64,000 nucleotides of DNA, from assembly GCA_947474645.1 (NCBI GenBank), contig CANJJD010000002.1:102745-166744 (forward strand), in the 5' to 3' direction. The stretch's first letter is position 1, and every line of letters begins with the position of its first letter. The position numbers and the translations under genes were made by a program. Of this stretch, positions 60,374-64,000 are shown piece after piece. This DNA comes from Alphaproteobacteria bacterium (GTDB lineage: Bacteria > Pseudomonadota > Alphaproteobacteria > Micropepsales > Micropepsaceae). Below the pieces are notes generated by a model. It searched no databases, was not told where the DNA came from, and worked only from the letters and a program-made list of their open reading frames with translations.

Positions 60374-60405
60374 AAAAGGCCGGTCGCAAGACCGGCCTTT
60401 TTCTT
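60374..60405. terminator. Bidirectional Rho-independent terminator
   Basis: AAAAGGCCGGTC-GCAA-GACCGGCCTTTT. Confidence 0.88.
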
Positions 60406-60797
60406 TAGGCGGCGCCGGACTGGACGGCGAATTGGTGGCGCGTGAGACCGGCCGGCGGATCGCCGAAGAACACTTCCACGCTTTTCAGCTTCCCATCCTG
60501 AAACGTCATCAATTCGGCGTTGCGGAAATGGGCATCGGGATGGGTGGTGTTGGGAAAATGCATCGTGCATTCGTAAGCCACGAACACGGATGCGCCGTCC
60601 TGCATCACCGTCACAAAGTCGAACTTCTGGTGCAACGGCTCCCTGGGCCAGCAGCGCTTGAACCAGGCATCGCGGTTAATGTGATCGTCGAACGGGCTGG
60701 TGAAGGTGAAATCGGCCCGCAGATGCTCTTCCATGAAGGCGCGGTCGTGCCGCTCAAAGGCGCGGTAGTAAGCCTTGGCCTGTTCCCTGAGGTCCAT
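60405..60797 (-). CDS. NTF2/SnoaL-like protein
   Basis: YY.AF...DR...E..L..DF.FTSP.D...DR..W...CWP, F.NAE...F..GK...VEV.FG; GGAG RBS. Confidence 0.78.
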   Translation of the reverse strand: MDLREQAKAYYRAFERHDRAFMEEHLRADFTFTSPFDDHINRDAWFKRCWPREPLHQKFDFVTVMQDGASVFVAYECTMHFPNTTHPDAHFRNAELMTFQDGKLKSVEVFFGDPPAGLTRHQFAVQSGAA

Positions 60798-60808
60798 CGC
60801 AATCTCCA

Positions 60809-61258
60809 TCAATCCAGCGACTTGCCCAACGCATCCATCAGAAAGTTGGTGCCATGCTCCCGCGAGCCGGCATCGTCATAACCGTCCAGGTAATCGCCAT
60901 ATTCGGTCAGGACCAGCTTCGTGCCGCCACCCTCGGCAGTCAGTTCAATACAGGCCTGGGAGACAGAGATCTTCCTGCCGTCCAGGTGCATGACATAGCT
61001 GTAGATGATCCGTTCATTGGGCACGATGTCGCGATAGACGCAGTCGAACGCCGTCATCATGCCATTGGCATGCTTGCCGCTCAGGCTTTCGCGGCCGCCT
61101 TCGCGGAAGTCGAAGCTCTTTTCGTGGCTCTCGAAGCCCGACGGGCCGGTGAACCATTTGCGCTTGGCCGCATCGTCGGCAAAGGCCTGGAACACGCGGG
61201 CGGGCGCATGTTTCCAATGACGGGTGATGGTGAAACTGGCATGGCTGACCGACGGCAT
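60809..61258 (-). CDS. SRPBCC (AHSA1-like) domain protein
   Basis: H..F.I.R.....P.RVF.AF.D...KRKWF, Y.DIVPNERI.Y.Y.M, RE.GT..L.D.L. Confidence 0.85.
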   Translation of the reverse strand: MPSVSHASFTITRHWKHAPARVFQAFADDAAKRKWFTGPSGFESHEKSFDFREGGRESLSGKHANGMMTAFDCVYRDIVPNERIIYSYVMHLDGRKISVSQACIELTAEGGGTKLVLTEYGDYLDGYDDAGSREHGTNFLMDALGKSLD

Positions 61259-61815
61259 CAGGCGCTCTCCTTGACGTAGTGAAGGCGGCTGACGCCGTTG
61301 TCGAAGGGCTTGTGGCCCGCCAGCTTCAGTTTGCTTCTGACCGCGCCCTGGAAATAGGGAATGCCGGCGCCCAGCAGGATCGGATTCTGGAATATCCAGA
61401 ACTCATCAATGGCATCCAGTTCCAGGAAGGAATGCACCAGGCCGGGGCTGCCGAAGATCAGCAGGTTTTTGCCCTCGCCCTGCTTGTCGGCAAGAATATC
61501 CTTCGCCTCGCGCCGCATCTGGACGTTGTTCCAGTCGCTGCCGGGCATGGTGCGCGAGAAGGTAAGCTTGGGAATCTGCTCCACCCAGCGGGCATGGCGC
61601 ACTTCGGGCGAGTCAGGCTTGCCCAGCATGGTCGGCCAATAGCCGCGCATCATGTCATGGGTGACGCGGCTATAGACCGCCGCGCCGGCGGTTTCGATCA
61701 GGCTGGTGGCGTCGGCGAAGATCGCCTCGTTGAACGAAATCCAGTCCATCTCGCCCTTGGGCCCGCCGCAATAGCCGTCCAGCGACACATGCATCAGGGA
61801 AATCAGCTTTCTCAC
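61258..61815 (-). CDS. Dihydrofolate reductase-like (RibD C-terminal) protein
   Basis: RKLI..MHVSLDGY..GP, IFGS..L...L...DAIDEF.....P..LG.G; GTG start overlaps the ArsR stop. Confidence 0.85.
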   Translation of the reverse strand: MRKLISLMHVSLDGYCGGPKGEMDWISFNEAIFADATSLIETAGAAVYSRVTHDMMRGYWPTMLGKPDSPEVRHARWVEQIPKLTFSRTMPGSDWNNVQMRREAKDILADKQGEGKNLLIFGSPGLVHSFLELDAIDEFWIFQNPILLGAGIPYFQGAVRSKLKLAGHKPFDNGVSRLHYVKESA

Positions 61816-62147
61816 TTTTCGTCCTCCGCTTTTGTCTGGTCGAGATAGGCGTTCAGTCCATCCAGGCTGTGTTCCCACATGACGCGCCGCGCGCTGACCC
61901 AGCGCTCAGCCAGGCTGAGCTTTTCCGGATCGATACGGCAGGTGCGCACCCGGCCCTCCTTGCGGCTGGTCACCAGCCCGGCATCTTCCAGCACCTTCAG
62001 GTGCAGCATCACCGCCGGCAGCGACATGGGCAGGGGCACGGCCAGTTCGCTGACCGTGGCGGGGCCGATGACCAGCCGTTCGACCATGGCGCGGCGGGCG
62101 GGATCGGCCAGCGCGGCGAAAGCCTTGTCCAGTTTATTGTTAAGCAT
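61812..62147 (-). CDS. ArsR/SmtB family transcriptional regulator
   Basis: LD.AF.ALADP.RR.MV.RL, V..HLKVLE.AGLV.S.K.GRVRTC. Confidence 0.92.
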   Translation of the reverse strand: MLNNKLDKAFAALADPARRAMVERLVIGPATVSELAVPLPMSLPAVMLHLKVLEDAGLVTSRKEGRVRTCRIDPEKLSLAERWVSARRVMWEHSLDGLNAYLDQTKAEDEK

Positions 62148-62155
62148 GTACTTAA
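62140..62155. promoter_or_regulatory. Candidate autoregulatory ArsR operator TTAAG-N6-CTTAA overlapping the start codon
   Basis: Perfect inverted repeat TTAAGCATGTACTTAA spans the ATG. Confidence 0.65.
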
Positions 62156-62249
62156 GTATTCCACCAGCCCCGCCCCCCAAGCAAGCCTGCCGCGATTATT
62201 TCTGCTGGCCTAACTGGGGTATGGTCCTCCTGCCCAACAGGAGGACGCG

Positions 62250-63074
62250 ATGTCCGTCCAGACCCAGTCTCCGCGCATCACGGTGCCGCAGATCCGCGCC
62301 CACAAGGGCGGTGAGCCCATCGTCTGCCTGACCTGCTACCACGCCCATACCGCCAAGCTGCTCGATCAACATGTCGACCTGATGCTGGTGGGCGACAGCC
62401 TGGGCATGGTGATGCACGGGCTGGAAAACACCGTGGGCGTCACCCTGGACATGATGATCACCCACGCCAAGGCGGTGATGCGCGGCTCCAAGCGCGCGCT
62501 TGTCACGGTGGACATGCCGTTCGGTTCCTATGAGGAAAGCCCGGCAGTGGCGTTCCGCAATGCCGCCCGCATCATGCAGGAAACCGGCGCCACCGCGGTG
62601 AAGCTGGAAGGCGGCGTCCGCATGGCGGAAACCATCGCCTACCTGACCCAGCGCGGCATTCCGGTGATGGGCCATATCGGCCTGACGCCGCAGATGGTGC
62701 ATGTGAAGGGCGGCTTTCGCACCGTGGGCCGCGAGGAAAGCGAATGGCCGGCGCTGCTGGCCGATGCCCATGCCGTGTCGGACGCCGGCGCCTTTGCCGT
62801 GGTGCTGGAAGGCATGGCCGAACCCCTGGCCGCCCGGATCACGCGTGAGATCGCCATTCCCACCATCGGCATCGGCGCCAGCCCGGTCTGCGACGGCCAG
62901 GTGCTGGTGATGGAGGACATGCTGGGCTTGAACCCCAACCCGCCCAAATTCGTGCGCCAGTATGCCCAATTAGGCCCGGCCATCGCGGCGGCGGTCGAGG
63001 CTTATGCCAAAGACGTGCGCAGCCGGTCCTTCCCGGGGGTGGAAAATGTCTACCCCATGAAAAAAGCCCAGTAA
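62250..63074 (+). CDS. panB: 3-methyl-2-oxobutanoate hydroxymethyltransferase
   Basis: [38 protein letters not shown]...DGQVLV. Confidence 0.97.
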   Translation: MSVQTQSPRITVPQIRAHKGGEPIVCLTCYHAHTAKLLDQHVDLMLVGDSLGMVMHGLENTVGVTLDMMITHAKAVMRGSKRALVTVDMPFGSYEESPAVAFRNAARIMQETGATAVKLEGGVRMAETIAYLTQRGIPVMGHIGLTPQMVHVKGGFRTVGREESEWPALLADAHAVSDAGAFAVVLEGMAEPLAARITREIAIPTIGIGASPVCDGQVLVMEDMLGLNPNPPKFVRQYAQLGPAIAAAVEAYAKDVRSRSFPGVENVYPMKKAQ

Positions 63075-63179
63075 AAGCCCCTTTTCGAGGCCAATTCTTA
63101 CCGGCGGGCGCATTGCGCGCGAAGGCCGCGCGGGCTAATTAACGCGTCCCGTCAAAGACTTCCCTGAAGGACTGCCGCC

Positions 63180-63899
63180 TTGAGTGATATTTTCCGCGAA
63201 GTCGAGGAAGACGTTCGCCGCGAACGGTTCGAAAAGCTGTGGAAGAACTATGGCAACTACGCCATCGCCGCCCTGGTGCTGCTGTTCGTGGGTATTGCCG
63301 GCTGGCAGGTGTGGGCACGCTATGACAGGCAAGAGCGCGCCAAGGTTTCCGATCAATTCCTGGCCGCCCAGCGCATCACCAATCCCCAGGCCCAGGCCAG
63401 CGCCATGGTGGACCTGGCCCGCACCGCCCCCAAGGGTTACGCCAATGTGGCGCGTCTGGCGCAAGCCGGCGCCATGTTCGCTTCCGGCCAGCAAGGCAAC
63501 GCCATCGCGCTGTACAAGGAAATCGCCGCCGGCGACAACGGCCCGATCGGATCGGTGGCGCGGGTGCGCGCCGGCTGGGCGCTGGCCGACACCGCGTCGC
63601 GCAAGGATCTGACCGAACTTCTGGCGCCGCTGGACAAGAGCGGCAATGCCTGGCGCGAGAATGCCCAGGAAATCCTGGCCTATGCCGATTACCGCGCCAT
63701 GGACACCAAGTCGGCGCTGGCCAAATACACCGCTTTGTCGACCAACAACGAGGCGCCCGACGCCCTGCGCGCCCGCGCCAAGGCGATGGCGGCGTTCCTC
63801 AAGAATGGCGGCGCCATCAGCTATGGCAGCGTGCCGGTTGCTCCGGTGCCGGTGCCTCCTGCCGCTGCGCCCGCAACGCCCGCGGCGCCGGCGAACTAG
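63180..63899 (+). CDS. YfgM-like membrane-anchored TPR protein
   Basis: TTG start, MSDIFREV.EDVRRE...KLW..YG, single TM helix, helical repeats. Confidence 0.82.
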   Translation: MSDIFREVEEDVRRERFEKLWKNYGNYAIAALVLLFVGIAGWQVWARYDRQERAKVSDQFLAAQRITNPQAQASAMVDLARTAPKGYANVARLAQAGAMFASGQQGNAIALYKEIAAGDNGPIGSVARVRAGWALADTASRKDLTELLAPLDKSGNAWRENAQEILAYADYRAMDTKSALAKYTALSTNNEAPDALRARAKAMAAFLKNGGAISYGSVPVAPVPVPPAAAPATPAAPAN

Positions 63900-64000
63900 A
63901 TGAAATCGCCCCGCCGTTTCCTGCTGGTGACCCTGGCCGTGTCGCTGCTGCTCGGCGGCTGCTCGGTGATCGACCAAGTGGAAAGCTGGTTCGACAGTTC
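63900..64000 (+). CDS. Lipoprotein, probably BamB (partial, runs off the right edge)
   Basis: MKSPRRFLLVTLAVSLLLGG-C lipobox directly after the yfgM-like gene. Product inferred from synteny only. Confidence 0.55.
   Translation, partial: MKSPRRFLLVTLAVSLLLGGCSVIDQVESWFDS

Noticed and set aside
62140-62155. TTAA...TTAA as a CtrA site
   Set aside because: Spacing is N8, not N7; better explained as an ArsR operator palindrome.
1-64000. tRNA, rRNA, IS elements, integrases, defence systems
   Set aside because: No cloverleaf or rRNA-like sequence, transposase or recombinase motifs, or nuclease/toxin-antitoxin genes recognised by eye. An Infernal/tRNAscan run would be needed to exclude small RNAs.

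Overview
GC-rich (about 63-66% by eye) alphaproteobacterial chromosome segment, mostly core housekeeping genes. The order is gyrA (runs off the left edge), ssb, uvrA, trmFO, secD-yajC, nlpD-like/surE/serS, tatABC, ppx-ppk1-hdaA, purMN, ndk, an ABC-F ATPase, holC-pepA, lptFGD-surA-pdxA-rsmA, gmk-yicC-mltG-fabF-acpP-fabG-fabD, rpsF-rpsR-rplI, panB, yfgM-like, and the start of a probable bamB. I found no tRNA, rRNA, CRISPR array, integrase or transposase. Accessory material sits as small insertions between conserved gene pairs. Most notable points: (1) two dispersed paralogous genes for an unrecognised small secreted/membrane peptide family (23-aa signal, conserved A[ED]GA..xGKPAGV..AQ core, hydrophobic helix, Ser/Thr tail); (2) a 3.8-kb island of MBOAT, SGNH/DltD-like protein, one of these peptides and an FkbM methyltransferase that splits the usual divergent ssb-uvrA pair, with near-identical LexA boxes at both ends and FkbM translationally coupled to uvrA; (3) a low-GC, codon-atypical tract inside serS carrying a roughly 50-aa insertion; (4) a divergent LpxD paralogue paired with an MFS transporter; (5) secD without an adjacent secF; (6) an RGG tandem repeat on ribosomal protein S18. 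All calls come from reading motifs by eye; no database searches were run, and several start codons are my best choice rather than the ORF-track start.
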